NCBI GenBank assembly: GCA_029887765.1
Contig: JARXPF010000001.1
Location: forward strand, 64,488 to 128,487
Direction of reading: 5' to 3'
Length of the DNA: 64,000 nt
Source of the DNA: Thermoproteota archaeon
Lineage (GTDB): Archaea; Thermoproteota; Methanomethylicia; Methanomethylicales; Methanomethylicaceae
Shown: one piece after another, positions 49,183 to 60,383 of the stretch
Layout of the letters: every line of letters begins with the position of its first letter
Position numbering within the stretch: position 1 is the first letter of the stretch
Made by a program: the position numbers and the translations under genes
The notes under the pieces: generated by a model
What the model saw: the letters and a program-made list of their open reading frames with translations, nothing else
Database searches by the model: none
What the model was told of the DNA's origin: nothing

Positions 49183-49198
49183 TTATGGAGGATAAAAG

Positions 49199-50173
49199 TT
49201 GAATCCACCTTGTGAAATTGTCGTAAGAAAATTTTTGCCAGTACTAAGAGTTTTAGTAGCAAAAGAATTAAGCCAAACCTATAATTGGCCACAAACAAAA
49301 ATTGCTGATAGATTAGGAGTTACTCAAGCAGCAGTAAGTGGATATTTAAGTCAAGATGAGAGTACTTTAGTTAGCCCACCTTTTGATTTAGAAGAATTAA
49401 AAACAATTGCAAGAAGTATTGCAGCTGAAATTAATATGAGAAAAAAAGGACAAATTGATACAATTTATGAAGTTTGTAAGATTTGTTTAAATCTTAGAAA
49501 AGGCGGGATTATATGTCATGCACATAAAATTAAAATTCCCAATTTAGTAGAAGAAAGATGTAGTATTTGTATGCAACTTCATATAGGCGTAGCTATAGAT
49601 GTAATGGATTTAAGACGTAAAGTAATTAATGAATTAAAATCAGCTTTAGAATTGATAGAAACCACTCAAGAATTTTCTATAATATTACCAGAAGTTTTCT
49701 CAAATATTGTTATGGCTATAGATGGTGCAAAAACTATATCAGATATAGCAGGTATTCCTGGAAGAATTGTTAGATTTAGAGGAAAGGCTAAAGCTCTACT
49801 TGAACCTGAGTTTGGAGTTTCTGGTCATCTTGGAAAAGTCTTACTTAAAGTAATGAAAATTAATCCAGAATTACGTGCTGCAATTAATATATGCTATAAT
49901 AAATACGTAAAGATCGCAATAGAAAGATTAGGCTTAAAAACATATGTTTTAAAAAGAGACCCAACTTCAAGAGGAGATGAAAAAACATTATTAGATTTTA
50001 TAGATGATTTAGCTAAGAAAAATGTAGGATGGGTAGATGCTATAATTGATGAAGGAGGATTTGGAATAGAACCAAATACTTATCTATTTGGAACAAGTGC
50101 AATTGAAGTAGCTGATAGAGCAGTAAGAATTGCAAGAATGGTAAGCATAATGAAAAAAAATAATATGGTGTAA
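49199..50173 (+). CDS. HTH plus ThiN-domain protein (ThiR-like thiamine-metabolism regulator)
   Basis: 324 aa. N-terminal HTH 'QTKIADRLGVTQAAVSGYLSQ'. C-terminal domain similar to the ThiN half of ThiDN. TTG start. Confidence 0.5.
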   Translation: MNPPCEIVVRKFLPVLRVLVAKELSQTYNWPQTKIADRLGVTQAAVSGYLSQDESTLVSPPFDLEELKTIARSIAAEINMRKKGQIDTIYEVCKICLNLRKGGIICHAHKIKIPNLVEERCSICMQLHIGVAIDVMDLRRKVINELKSALELIETTQEFSIILPEVFSNIVMAIDGAKTISDIAGIPGRIVRFRGKAKALLEPEFGVSGHLGKVLLKVMKINPELRAAINICYNKYVKIAIERLGLKTYVLKRDPTSRGDEKTLLDFIDDLAKKNVGWVDAIIDEGGFGIEPNTYLFGTSAIEVADRAVRIARMVSIMKKNNMV

Positions 50174-50194
50174 TTTTTTATTAATTATAGAAAA

Positions 50195-51343
50195 ATGCCT
50201 ACAAATCTTCCTCCTCAAGCAAGAGCTGCTGAAAAAAAATACATGGAAGCAAAAACTCTACAAGAAAAAATAAAGTATTTACAAGAATTTCTTTCACTTA
50301 TTCCTGAACATAAAGGAACAGAAAAAATGAGGGGCTATCTCCGAAGAAGATTAGCTCAATTAAAAAAAGAGCTTGAAGAACAAAAAAAGAAAAAAACAGG
50401 TGGAGGGGGGACTAGCTTTTCTATAAAAAAAGAGGGGGCTGCTCAAGTAGTAATATTAGGATTAACTGGTTGTGGTAAAAGTTCATTAATTACAAAATTA
50501 ACAAATGCTAAATCTGAAATTTCTAATCATCCATTTACAACAAAAGAACCTATTCCTGGAATGATGCAATACGAAGACATTCAATTTCAATTAATAGACA
50601 CTCCTGCTATTTATGAAGGAGTACAAAATGGGAAATGGGGAACAAAGTTATTGAGTTTAGTAAGAAATTCTGATGGTTTAATTATATTATTAGATAGTAG
50701 CGATCCAATAACTCAGTATAATATTATACTAAATGAATTAAAAAATGCAGGAATAATAATTGAAAAAAAGACAAATAGAGTAGACATTGAATTAACAAAT
50801 GGAGGAGGAATTCAAATAAAATGCATGGGAAGAATCTCTTGTAAAATTGAAGAAGTAAAAGAATTATTTAAAGAAAGAGGAATAAGAAATGCTATAGTAA
50901 AAATTTGGGGAGAAGTTGAACTTGATGATTTTATAGAAGCAATTGAACAAACAAAAGTCTATAAGCCCACATTAATTTTAATAAATAAAATTGAGTTAAA
51001 TCCATGTGCTGTAGAAGAATTTAAAAAAATTACTGGAAAAAATGCTATAGGTATTTCAGTAAATACAGGAGAGGGATTATCAAAAATAGGAGAAGCATTA
51101 TTTAGTATTCTTGGAATTATGAGAATATATACAAAAGAACCTAATGGAGAAGTTGCAAAAAAACCACTCATAGTGCCTATAGGAACAAAAGTTATAGAAA
51201 TTGCAAAAATTGTTCACTCTCATTTATACAAGAATTTTAAATATGCCAGAGTATGGGGAAAATCTGTTAATTATGATGGAGAAAAAGTTGGTGCTGATCA
51301 TATACTTTTAGATAAAGATATTGTAGAAATAAGAATAAAGTAA
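50195..51343 (+). CDS. Obg/DRG-family GTP-binding protein with C-terminal TGS-like domain
   Basis: 382 aa. P-loop 'GLTGCGKSSL', 'DTPAI' switch, 'INKIE' (NKxD-like). Confidence 0.6.
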   Translation: MPTNLPPQARAAEKKYMEAKTLQEKIKYLQEFLSLIPEHKGTEKMRGYLRRRLAQLKKELEEQKKKKTGGGGTSFSIKKEGAAQVVILGLTGCGKSSLITKLTNAKSEISNHPFTTKEPIPGMMQYEDIQFQLIDTPAIYEGVQNGKWGTKLLSLVRNSDGLIILLDSSDPITQYNIILNELKNAGIIIEKKTNRVDIELTNGGGIQIKCMGRISCKIEEVKELFKERGIRNAIVKIWGEVELDDFIEAIEQTKVYKPTLILINKIELNPCAVEEFKKITGKNAIGISVNTGEGLSKIGEALFSILGIMRIYTKEPNGEVAKKPLIVPIGTKVIEIAKIVHSHLYKNFKYARVWGKSVNYDGEKVGADHILLDKDIVEIRIK

Positions 51344-51392
51344 AATAAGAATAAAGTAAAAGCATATTAATTAATTTAAGTTCTATTTTAAA

Positions 51393-52637
51393 ATGATAGA
51401 AATGCCAGTAAGAATTGCACAAATATCGTGTGGAACTGAATATAGTGGTATACAAAAAGAAATAGAAAAAGCTGCTGAAATGGTTGGAGGAAGAATAATA
51501 ATACCTGAAATAGATTTAAAAGATATAAATGAGGCAGAAGAAGAATTAGGATTTCATGCAGTTAGTAATGGATTGAAAATAATGATGGCAAGAGCAAAAG
51601 CTATTGTAGAAAAAAGAGTAGAAGTAGATGGAGCTTTTTTAGCTACATGTTTTAGATGTGCTGAAGGAGCTTTAGTAAGGAGTATTATTAGAAGATATAT
51701 TCAAAGTAAAAGCAAAATTCCAGTAGTAACATATTCTTTTACTGAAAGAACTAAAGCAGGAACTCTTTTATTGAGAATGGAAGCATTGGTGAACATAGTT
51801 AGTAAAAAACCACTTTTTGCAAGAACAAAACAAGAAGGTATTACAGCAGGCATAGATTCAGGATCAACAACAACAAAAGCTGTAGTTATGAAAGATAATG
51901 AAATTATTGGTATTGGATGGTTGCCAACAACAAGTGTTTTAGAAAGTGGTAAAAAAGCACTTGAAATTGCATTAAAAGAAGCAAAATTAAGTATTGATAA
52001 ATTAGAAGCCATAGGTGTTACAGGTTATGGAAGAAGAATATTAAAAGAATATTATAATGCACAACTTTCAATGGAAGAAGTTTCCACATGTTCAAAAGGA
52101 GCATTATATCTATGTAACAAGCAACAAGGAGATGCTACAGTAATAGACATAGGAGGTATGGATAATAAAGCTATTACACTTTATGATAGTATACCAGATA
52201 GTTTTACAGTTGGAGGAGTTTGTGCTGGAGCTTCTGGTAGATTTCTAGAGACAAGTGCAAAAAGATTAGGAATAACTCTTGATGAATTTGGAGAATTAGC
52301 ACTTAGAGGAGATTATAGAAATGTATCAATGAATGCATATTGTATAGTTTTTGGTCTTCAAGACTTAGTTGCAGCATTAGCTAGTGGAGCAAAAATAGAG
52401 GATGTTGCAGCTGCAGCATGTTATAGTGTAGCTGAACAAGTTTTTGAACAACAACTTCAAGAAATTGATATAAGATATCCAATAATTCAAGTAGGATCTA
52501 CAGCACTTATAAAAGGTCTTGTAAAAGCTATGTCTAATATTTTAAGTACAGATGTTATAGTTCCAGAAAAACCTAATTTAATAGGAGCTGTTGGAGTTGC
52601 ATTAATGGTTTCGGGTATGAAAGAACTTGAAAGGTGA
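51393..52637 (+). CDS. BadF/BadG/BcrA/BcrD-type ATPase with N-terminal extension (methanogenesis marker protein 15-like)
   Basis: 414 aa. '[14 protein letters not shown]' acetate/sugar-kinase-type phosphate-1 motif after an about 150-aa N-domain. Second motif '[12 protein letters not shown]'. Confidence 0.5.
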   Translation: MIEMPVRIAQISCGTEYSGIQKEIEKAAEMVGGRIIIPEIDLKDINEAEEELGFHAVSNGLKIMMARAKAIVEKRVEVDGAFLATCFRCAEGALVRSIIRRYIQSKSKIPVVTYSFTERTKAGTLLLRMEALVNIVSKKPLFARTKQEGITAGIDSGSTTTKAVVMKDNEIIGIGWLPTTSVLESGKKALEIALKEAKLSIDKLEAIGVTGYGRRILKEYYNAQLSMEEVSTCSKGALYLCNKQQGDATVIDIGGMDNKAITLYDSIPDSFTVGGVCAGASGRFLETSAKRLGITLDEFGELALRGDYRNVSMNAYCIVFGLQDLVAALASGAKIEDVAAAACYSVAEQVFEQQLQEIDIRYPIIQVGSTALIKGLVKAMSNILSTDVIVPEKPNLIGAVGVALMVSGMKELER

Positions 52638-53832
52638 AAAAGTGATTTTAAAATCGATTAAGAAAATTTGTAAAGAAGGAACACATAGAGCTAAAGATTT
52701 CAATGAAACTTTACTTTTTTTAGAAAATATTTATCATAAAGCAGGAATAACAAGAATAGCAGATATAACTGGACTTGATATTATAGGAATACCAGTATTT
52801 ACTTCTATTAGACCTACTGCTGCTGAAGGAGCAATAACTGTCTATAATGGAAAAGGTCATACACCTGAAGTTGCTAAAATTTCAGCAATAATGGAAGGTA
52901 TTGAAAGATATTCAGCTGAACCAGATTATTCAAAGATTATAAAAGGAAGTTATGAAGAATTATCTAAATCATATGAAATTTTAAACCCTAATGAATTAAT
53001 ATTACCATACTATAGACAATATTTTTTTCATGAGGAAATAGAATGGGTATTTGGCTTTTCATTAATAAAAAATAAAGAAATTTTAGTACCTGCTGAAGCT
53101 GTTTTTCATCCATATAGAAGAAATAATCAATTATTTAGAACAAATACTAATGGACTTGCTGCAGGAAATGTTATTGAAGAAGCCATATTACATGCATTAT
53201 TGGAAGTTATAGAAAGAGATGCATGGTCTTTATATGAAATAGGAATTACAAAATCTAAAGATGTAGAAATAGATTCGAATGGACTAGTAAAAGAATTATT
53301 AAAAAAATTTGAAAAAGCTTCTATAAGCGTATACATAAAAGAAATAACTTCAGATATAGAAATTACAACAATAGCAGTAGCACTAGATGATGAAAAAACA
53401 AAAGATCCAGCATTACTTTCACTTGGTATAGGCTGTCACTTAGTTCCTGAAATAGCACTTATAAGAGCTTTAACTGAAGCTGCACAAAGTAGACTAACAA
53501 CAATACATGGAACAAGAGAAGATACTTATAGAGCTGGTTTTGCAAGAATAATAGGATATGAAAGAATGAAAAGATTAAATAAAAAATGGTTTGAAAAATC
53601 TGAGGAAAAAGTAAGATTAAGTGAAATGAAATGTTTTGATAGTTCAGATTTTCTAGATGATATAAATTATATTCTAAATAAGTTAAGAAAAGTAGGATTA
53701 AATGAAGTCATTGTAGTTGATTTAACTAAAAAAGAAATTGAAGTACCTGTTGTTAGAGTAATAGTTCCAGGATTAGAGGTATATGCATTAGATAAAGATA
53801 GAATAGGAAGACGTTGTAAGAGGAAAAAATAA
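52627..53832 (+). CDS. ycaO: YcaO-domain protein (McrA glycine thioamidation-type)
   Basis: 401 aa. YcaO ATP-binding region '[15 protein letters not shown]...EGIERYSAE'. Followed immediately by a TfuA-like gene. Confidence 0.65.
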   Translation: MKGEKVILKSIKKICKEGTHRAKDFNETLLFLENIYHKAGITRIADITGLDIIGIPVFTSIRPTAAEGAITVYNGKGHTPEVAKISAIMEGIERYSAEPDYSKIIKGSYEELSKSYEILNPNELILPYYRQYFFHEEIEWVFGFSLIKNKEILVPAEAVFHPYRRNNQLFRTNTNGLAAGNVIEEAILHALLEVIERDAWSLYEIGITKSKDVEIDSNGLVKELLKKFEKASISVYIKEITSDIEITTIAVALDDEKTKDPALLSLGIGCHLVPEIALIRALTEAAQSRLTTIHGTREDTYRAGFARIIGYERMKRLNKKWFEKSEEKVRLSEMKCFDSSDFLDDINYILNKLRKVGLNEVIVVDLTKKEIEVPVVRVIVPGLEVYALDKDRIGRRCKRKK

Positions 53833-54470
53833 TGAAAATTATAGTATTTTTAGGTCCAAGCTTACCATTAAATGAAGCTAAAAATATAATTTCAGTAGAA
53901 TATAGACCTCCAGCAGGTAGAGGAGATGTTTTGAAGGCTATGGATGAAGGAGCAAAAATTATTGGATTAATTGATGGAGTTTTTTACCAAAGAGCTGCAG
54001 TATCACATAGAGAAATTTTAAGTGCTATTAAAAATGGAGTCATGGTTATTGGAGGAGGAAGTATTGGAGCAATAAGAGCAAGTGAATTAGACATTTATGG
54101 AATGATAGGTGTTGGTGAAATTTATAAATGGTATAAACAAGGAAAAATTATTGGTGATGATGAAGTAGCTGTAGCCTTTCATCCAATAACATATCAACCA
54201 ATTTCAGAAGCATTAGTTAATATTAGAGCAACTCTTGATTTCATTAAAAATATGGGAAAAATTTCTGAAGAAGAAGTTAATTTAATTTTGCGAATTGCAA
54301 AAGAGACGCCCTTCTACTTAAGAAGTTATAATAGGATATTACAAAAAGCAATTCTTGAATTAGGAAAAGAAAGAGTAAAAGAAATTGCAGAATTAGTAAA
54401 TTACAATAAAATAGATCAAAAAAAATTGGATTCTATTGAAGTATTAAAAAAAATAAAGAGTATCATTTAA
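53832..54470 (+). CDS. tfuA: TfuA-like protein
   Basis: 212 aa. Start overlaps the ycaO stop. 'GLIDGVFYQRAAVSHREIL...GGGSIGAIRASEL' TfuA-like. Confidence 0.55.
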   Translation: MKIIVFLGPSLPLNEAKNIISVEYRPPAGRGDVLKAMDEGAKIIGLIDGVFYQRAAVSHREILSAIKNGVMVIGGGSIGAIRASELDIYGMIGVGEIYKWYKQGKIIGDDEVAVAFHPITYQPISEALVNIRATLDFIKNMGKISEEEVNLILRIAKETPFYLRSYNRILQKAILELGKERVKEIAELVNYNKIDQKKLDSIEVLKKIKSII

Positions 54471-54513
54471 ATATTGGCTATTTTAAATACAATTTGACTC
54501 ATGGGGAAAGGTA

Positions 54514-56112
54514 ATGACAGAACCATTCATTATATTAGACAATGTTTCTAAAAAATTTGGCAATAATTATGTTCTTAAAAATATATCATTTATAATAAAT
54601 GAAGGAGATTGCATTGGAATTTTAGGAAAAAGTGGATCTGGTAAAAGTGTATTAATATCAATGATTAAGGGTTTAAATAATTATGAACCTACATCAGGTA
54701 AAATAATATATAGAATAGCTTATTGTAAATTATGTGGTTTTGTTGAAAGACCAAGTAAAGCTGGAGAGAGATGCCCTAATTGTAAAAATAATTTAGAATT
54801 AATAGAAGTAGATTTTTGGAATGAAAAAACAATTGCACAACATATTAAAAAAAGAGTTGCTATTATGTTTCAAAGAACTTTTGCCCTTTATGGTAATTTA
54901 ACAGTCTATGAAAATATAGTAGAAGCATTTGGTAGAAGATGGAAAGAAGAAAATGCTGAAATTACAAAAAAAGCTTTAAAACTTATAGAAAAAATGGGGC
55001 TTTCTCATAGATTAATTCATATAGCAAGAGATTTAAGTGGAGGAGAAAAACAGAGAGTCGTATTAGCTAGACAATTAGCCATAGATCCAATATTATTACT
55101 TGCAGATGAACCAACAGGAACACTTGATCCCTCAAGTACAAAAATGATATATGATGTACTTAATGAAATAAAAGAACAAAAAATAACAATGATAATTACC
55201 TCACATTTAACAGAAACTATAGAAGCATTAAGTAATAAAGCTATTCTATTGAATCATGGAAAAATTGAGGCTGTGGGAGAACCAAAAGAAATTATAAAAA
55301 TTTTCCTATCAGAAGGTTTAGAAGAAATTAAGGAAGAGAAAACATTAGTAGAAGATGTTATATTAAAAGTAGAAAATGTTAAGAAATATTTCTTTTCCAT
55401 AGATAGAGGAATTGTTAAAGCATTAGATGGAGTTTCTTTTGAAGTATTGAAGGGACAAATATTTGGAATTGTAGGAGTAAGTGGAGCAGGAAAAACTACA
55501 CTTTCAAGAATAATAGCAGGACTAACTACACCTACTTCTGGAAAGGTATTAATAAAAATAGGTGATGAGTGGGTGGACATGAGTGAGCCAGGAATTATGG
55601 GGAGAGGAAGAGCTACTAATTATATAGGAATACTACATCAAGAATATTCTCTATATCCATATAGGACTATATTAGAAAATCTTACAGATGCTATTGGATT
55701 GGAATTACCAGATGAATTTGCCAAATTTAAAGCATTAATGACACTTAAAGCTGTAGGTTTTGAAGAGGACTATGCAGAAAGTTTATTAAATAAATATCCA
55801 GATGAACTAAGTGAAGGAGAGAGACATAGAATAGCACTTTCTCAAGTATTAATAAAAGAGCCTTTATTAGTAATATTAGACGAACCAACAGGAACCATAG
55901 ATCAAGTAACTCAAAAGTATATTATAAAATCTATAAAAAATGCAAGAAAAGAACTTAAACAAACATTTATAATAATTTCACATGATGTAAATTTTGTAAT
56001 TAAAACGTGTGATGAAGCTATTTTACTTAGAAATGGAAATATAATAGCAAAAGGACCTACTACTGAAGTTGTTAAACACTTATTACCTGAGGAAAAATTA
56101 AGTAATGCTTAA
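54514..56112 (+). CDS. atwA: Twin-ABC ATPase, Mcr component A2-like (paralog 2, with Cys4 insert)
   Basis: 532 aa. Two ABC domains (Walker A 'GKSGSGKSV' and 'GVSGAGKTT'; signatures 'LSGGEKQR' and 'LSEGERHR'). Zinc-ribbon-like insert 'CKLCG...CPNC' in domain 1. Confidence 0.65.
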   Translation: MTEPFIILDNVSKKFGNNYVLKNISFIINEGDCIGILGKSGSGKSVLISMIKGLNNYEPTSGKIIYRIAYCKLCGFVERPSKAGERCPNCKNNLELIEVDFWNEKTIAQHIKKRVAIMFQRTFALYGNLTVYENIVEAFGRRWKEENAEITKKALKLIEKMGLSHRLIHIARDLSGGEKQRVVLARQLAIDPILLLADEPTGTLDPSSTKMIYDVLNEIKEQKITMIITSHLTETIEALSNKAILLNHGKIEAVGEPKEIIKIFLSEGLEEIKEEKTLVEDVILKVENVKKYFFSIDRGIVKALDGVSFEVLKGQIFGIVGVSGAGKTTLSRIIAGLTTPTSGKVLIKIGDEWVDMSEPGIMGRGRATNYIGILHQEYSLYPYRTILENLTDAIGLELPDEFAKFKALMTLKAVGFEEDYAESLLNKYPDELSEGERHRIALSQVLIKEPLLVILDEPTGTIDQVTQKYIIKSIKNARKELKQTFIIISHDVNFVIKTCDEAILLRNGNIIAKGPTTEVVKHLLPEEKLSNA

Positions 56113-57033
56113 TCCAATAACAGATTCTTTTGAAAAATCGATGAATGTAGCTCTAGATCCTTTAAATATAACTTCAAGCTTTTTATTCTCAGTAAATTCA
56201 CCAATACACTCAACAGAAAAACCAACTTCTTCTAAAATATTAATATTCTCCTCTTTAGACAATCCAAAAATAAAGCCCATTGCTGGATATGAAGTTAGCC
56301 ATTCTATAATAGATAAGTCCTTAGGAATTGGTACTTTACTGAGATCAATTAATGCACCCACATTACTTGCTTCACATAACATTGCGAGACTTCCTAATAT
56401 TCCTGGGGCACTAATATCTTTTGAACATTTCACATTATTACTATTAATGAAAGATATTAATGCTGATAACATTTCCTTAATCTTTTTTGAAGATTTTTTT
56501 ATAGTACTATCAAAGCATTTAACCCAACCTTTTTTAATTAAAAATCCATCAATGTCTATTGCTATGAAAATTTTTTGAGAAGGTCTAGCAGTATCACCTC
56601 TTACAACTTTATTTGCAATTCCAATTACTGCAGCATCTACAGAAGAATATGATGTATCTGGATGTGTATGTCCTTTAAGAAGTTTAAGTCCATACTTTTC
56701 TAATCCATCCTTTATTCCTTTTGCAATTTTACTTCTAATTTCTCTTGGTCCTGCTATTACATTTACATATCCAATTGGCCATGCTCCTTTTACAATAACA
56801 TCATTTACATTAACAAGAACAGAATAATAGCCAGCTAACCATGGATCTATAATAACTAAATCTTCAGTTATACCATCAGTTGAAACTACAATATATCTTC
56901 CATTTAAACTTATTATACCAGCATCATCATAATCTATATTTCCAAAAATTTTAATTATCTCACCAATTTCTACTTTCCTAGAAAAACCTTTGAATTCCTT
57001 TGCTATACGAATAATTTCATCTAAAGATTCCAA
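56098..57033 (-). CDS. PurM-like (AIR-synthase-related) ATP-binding protein, methanogenesis-marker-2-like
   Basis: 311 aa. 'DDAGII...VVSTDG' N-domain and C-terminal PurM-like domain. Confidence 0.4.
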   Translation of the reverse strand: MESLDEIIRIAKEFKGFSRKVEIGEIIKIFGNIDYDDAGIISLNGRYIVVSTDGITEDLVIIDPWLAGYYSVLVNVNDVIVKGAWPIGYVNVIAGPREIRSKIAKGIKDGLEKYGLKLLKGHTHPDTSYSSVDAAVIGIANKVVRGDTARPSQKIFIAIDIDGFLIKKGWVKCFDSTIKKSSKKIKEMLSALISFINSNNVKCSKDISAPGILGSLAMLCEASNVGALIDLSKVPIPKDLSIIEWLTSYPAMGFIFGLSKEENINILEEVGFSVECIGEFTENKKLEVIFKGSRATFIDFSKESVIGLSIT

Positions 57034-57084
57034 TAAAATCCCCTCAAATTAATAAGGAAAAAAGTACATATTTATATTAAGATT

Positions 57085-57372
57085 TTGGAGGTGATTAAGA
57101 TTAAAGAAGGAACTGTAGTAATTTATAAAAGAACTGGTACAATTGGAAAAATTGTAGAATTAAAAAATATAGATGGAAAAGTTTGGGCAAGACTTGATAC
57201 TACTAATCTTTTATATGATATAGATTTCTTAGAAGAAGCTAAAGAATATGAGCAAGAAATAGAAAAAATCAATCAAAAAGAAGAAAAGAAAATAGAAAAA
57301 ATCATTGAAGTAAAAGAAATTAAAGATGAAGGAACTATGGATTCTAGTGCCGGAGTGTGTGGTGCAGGTTAA
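57085..57372 (+). CDS. Small hypothetical protein (95 aa; KOW/SH3-like N-terminus, acidic linker, C-terminal 'SSAGVCGAG')
   Basis: ORF only. Located between the PurM-like gene and the HAD-like gene. Confidence 0.3.
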   Translation: MEVIKIKEGTVVIYKRTGTIGKIVELKNIDGKVWARLDTTNLLYDIDFLEEAKEYEQEIEKINQKEEKKIEKIIEVKEIKDEGTMDSSAGVCGAG

Positions 57373-58115
57373 TTTTGAAATTTGCAATAGTATTTGATAA
57401 ATCTGGAACTATTTTAAAACCATGTAGAGTGGCTTTTGACATAAAAAGAAAGAAGCTACTTTATCATATAAGTACATTAAAACTTGTAAAAGATGTTGAT
57501 GGTTATTTACTAAATATAGAAGGAGATATTAAAAAAATAAAGAGTGGAAAACAAAAACCTTTTTTCAAAATAAGTTGTACATTTTCTAAGATTTTACCAA
57601 AAATTGAAGAAGATATAATACTTAAAAAAGAAATTTTAGAAGCTTTAGAAAAAGTTGAAGAAGAAGCAAGTAGACATTGTAATTCTGAAATAGGAACTTG
57701 CACTGCATTAATATTAAACAATTATGGAGAGCCAATATATGCCATAGGACTAGGTGGTAGAATATATGAAGATTTTAAAAATATAGTAGATGAAATAAGG
57801 TCTAAAAGTGATATATTTATAGCAACAGGAAATTGTAAAAATGCTACATTAAAATTCATAAAGAAGTTAAAAATAAATAAACATTTTGTAATATATAATG
57901 CCTCTCCAAAGGAGAAAATGGAATTTGTAAAAATGCTTAAATTATTTTATGCTTATGTTATTATGGTAGGAAATGATATTAATGATTTAATGGCAATGAA
58001 GGAGGCAGATATTTCTATTTTTGTAAATAGAGAAAATGAAGATATTAATTATGATGTAGATTATATTATAAAATCCCTAAATGATCTTCCAAAAATAATA
58101 TCAGTTAAATTTTAA
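57357..58115 (+). CDS. HAD-superfamily hydrolase (P-type-ATPase-like subfamily)
   Basis: 'IVFDKSGT' (motif I) near the N-terminus. 'MVGNDINDLMAMKEADISI' (motif IV). The true start is probably a TTG just after 57372. Confidence 0.45.
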   Translation: MWCRLILKFAIVFDKSGTILKPCRVAFDIKRKKLLYHISTLKLVKDVDGYLLNIEGDIKKIKSGKQKPFFKISCTFSKILPKIEEDIILKKEILEALEKVEEEASRHCNSEIGTCTALILNNYGEPIYAIGLGGRIYEDFKNIVDEIRSKSDIFIATGNCKNATLKFIKKLKINKHFVIYNASPKEKMEFVKMLKLFYAYVIMVGNDINDLMAMKEADISIFVNRENEDINYDVDYIIKSLNDLPKIISVKF

Positions 58116-58688
58116 GATATCATAATAATGACATTGATATTCTGAATGAAAATGAGGTAAAGCTTTTGCTAATTCTATTTCCAACACTCTTAAATTTATC
58201 AATTCATAATCTTTAATTATTGATGACAATCCTTCTTGAATAGATTTAGTACAGAATATACTATGTGGAACAAATCCAGCTGTAGTTATGAAAATGCAAT
58301 TTTTATCTAATTTTATTAATTCATTAATATGTTTCTCATCAAAGCCATATCGTACTTCTTCAAAAAAAGACTTAATACAACAATTAGGATAATTCAAAAA
58401 TCTTCCAATTTCCCAATCTGAAAAATTCTTATTAAAAATTCCAATTTGTAATGATGTATAAGGATCTAAAGCAGGACGAACAGGTGGATTAAAAGATTTT
58501 ACAATTTCTAATTGTAAATTTAATCTCTCAGGAATATCAAAAAGACGATCTTCTTGAAATAATTTTGCAATATGTTCTGCAAAGTTAGGAAAATTAAAAT
58601 ATTTTTCTCTCGCTTCTTTAGGTGAAAGTGTAGAAATATCAAAAATAGTTTCAATAATTTTTTTTAAAGCTAAATAACCTCTTTTCAT
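58101..58688 (-). CDS. Uncharacterized 195-aa protein encoded directly downstream of mcrA (co-oriented, 17-nt gap)
   Basis: ORF contains 'NYPNCC' and scattered Cys/His. No family recognised. Position implies co-transcription with mcrBGA. Confidence 0.45.
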   Translation of the reverse strand: MKRGYLALKKIIETIFDISTLSPKEAREKYFNFPNFAEHIAKLFQEDRLFDIPERLNLQLEIVKSFNPPVRPALDPYTSLQIGIFNKNFSDWEIGRFLNYPNCCIKSFFEEVRYGFDEKHINELIKLDKNCIFITTAGFVPHSIFCTKSIQEGLSSIIKDYELINLRVLEIELAKALPHFHSEYQCHYYDILKFN

Positions 58689-58704
58689 AAAAAAAATAAA
58701 AAAA

Positions 58705-60372
58705 TTAATGACTTGGTATTATTAGATCTCTTTCTCCTGCAGGCATGAATTCTCTAAGAGCACCTTTTCCAAAGCAAAGTCTTGGATGTGTAAAATCAAA
58801 TTTCAAGTCTTTATCAGCAAAAGCAACCTTTATTAATGGATTTGTTGTCCAAGCGTCACCTCTTCCACCATGAGCAGCTGAAACTATTCCAGTATAAGCT
58901 GATTGATGACCTACATTCATAGCATAGTTTGGATAGTTAACTCCTCTTAAGTTAAATACTAGTCCTTCATCACTTCTCCAAGAGAAGCTATTTGCTGAGC
59001 CACATTGATCTTGACAGTCGTAACCATAAAATCCTAATCTTCCCATTTCTTCTTTATGTAATAATTGACTTAAGTACCAACCATTTACACCAGCTGTAGC
59101 ATGACCAGTTGCAAGAGCCACAGATACACCTGCTGCAGCTGCTACAACTGCAGCTCTTTGAGAACCACCAAAGTGAGTCTCCATTAATGCAGGATATCTC
59201 TCATATTGTTCTAATCCATAAATTGATACTTCTGTTGCTATATCTTTAATTATATCCCAACTTGGTTTAACTTTTGCAAATCCACCATATTTCTTCTTTA
59301 CATAGTCTGCACCATAGTAACAGAAATCATCTAATATATTGTCTGTATAAGTACAAGTTGCATATTGTGTAAAGCCTACACCACCAGACATATAACTACC
59401 AAACCAGAATTGATCATAAAGTACTGCTCCCATGGATATGGCTTCTAAAGCCACCCAAACAGGATCATCTGGTTTAACTCTTGAAGCTTGACATATATCT
59501 GCAACATAGCCTAATGGAATTCCTCCAGGTTCATTAGGACCTCTTGCTCTTCTCCAAGGTAGTAATGTGCCCATTTCAATTAGTTCTGCATGTTTTGCGG
59601 CAAATGCAAATTCTCCTACTGCAGCTTCACCTGCCATTAACTTATAAGCATTAATCATAGACATTGAAATTTGCATAGCTGCCCATCTTGACATTGTAGC
59701 ACCATCACATGTCATGGCTACAATTGTGGGCATTCTACAAACTTGATATAATCGTTTGCCAATAGCAGCTTTTAATTGTGCAGCATGATCTGGTGGAAAT
59801 TCTTTATTAATATCTATTAAGAATCTATCATCAATTTCATCAGCTAATTCATCATCACCAGTAAATACTTTAACATAACTATCTGAGACTAATCCAGGAT
59901 GAGTTTCTACCATATGTTCTTGAACTACTGCAGCACCAGGTAGAGCATGATTTAAAACTTCTAAGTAGTGATTTATAGTTTCAGGAGTTACTTCTTTACC
60001 AAGTCTCTTTGTTAGAACCATATGTGCTGCATCAAGACCTACTATAACTGTACGTCTGATATCATGCCACATTTGTTGCATTGCAGCATTATTAATAAAG
60101 TGAAGATCATCTCCTTCACAATAAATATCTGTTCCTGATAAACGATATGGCATTAAAACTCTTTGTCCTAAAGGTATGCCACCTAAGTGAAGGTCTGGAT
60201 TATAAAATGGAATTCCTCTTTCTTTCGCAATTTTTTGAGCAATTTCTACGAATTCTCTTTTCCTTTTTGATTGTTTCCATCCATCATATATATAGAATTT
60301 TGTATATTTTTCTTCAGGAGCTTCTTTAAATTTTCTTCTCAAAGCCTCTATAAACATTTTTTCTTCACTCAT
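58705..60372 (-). CDS. mcrA: Methyl-coenzyme M reductase alpha subunit
   Basis: 555 aa. '[23 protein letters not shown]', 'FGGSQRAAV', '[10 protein letters not shown]' McrA hallmarks. Confidence 0.9.
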   Translation of the reverse strand: MSEEKMFIEALRRKFKEAPEEKYTKFYIYDGWKQSKRKREFVEIAQKIAKERGIPFYNPDLHLGGIPLGQRVLMPYRLSGTDIYCEGDDLHFINNAAMQQMWHDIRRTVIVGLDAAHMVLTKRLGKEVTPETINHYLEVLNHALPGAAVVQEHMVETHPGLVSDSYVKVFTGDDELADEIDDRFLIDINKEFPPDHAAQLKAAIGKRLYQVCRMPTIVAMTCDGATMSRWAAMQISMSMINAYKLMAGEAAVGEFAFAAKHAELIEMGTLLPWRRARGPNEPGGIPLGYVADICQASRVKPDDPVWVALEAISMGAVLYDQFWFGSYMSGGVGFTQYATCTYTDNILDDFCYYGADYVKKKYGGFAKVKPSWDIIKDIATEVSIYGLEQYERYPALMETHFGGSQRAAVVAAAAGVSVALATGHATAGVNGWYLSQLLHKEEMGRLGFYGYDCQDQCGSANSFSWRSDEGLVFNLRGVNYPNYAMNVGHQSAYTGIVSAAHGGRGDAWTTNPLIKVAFADKDLKFDFTHPRLCFGKGALREFMPAGERDLIIPSH

Positions 60373-60383
60373 AAATTCACCCC

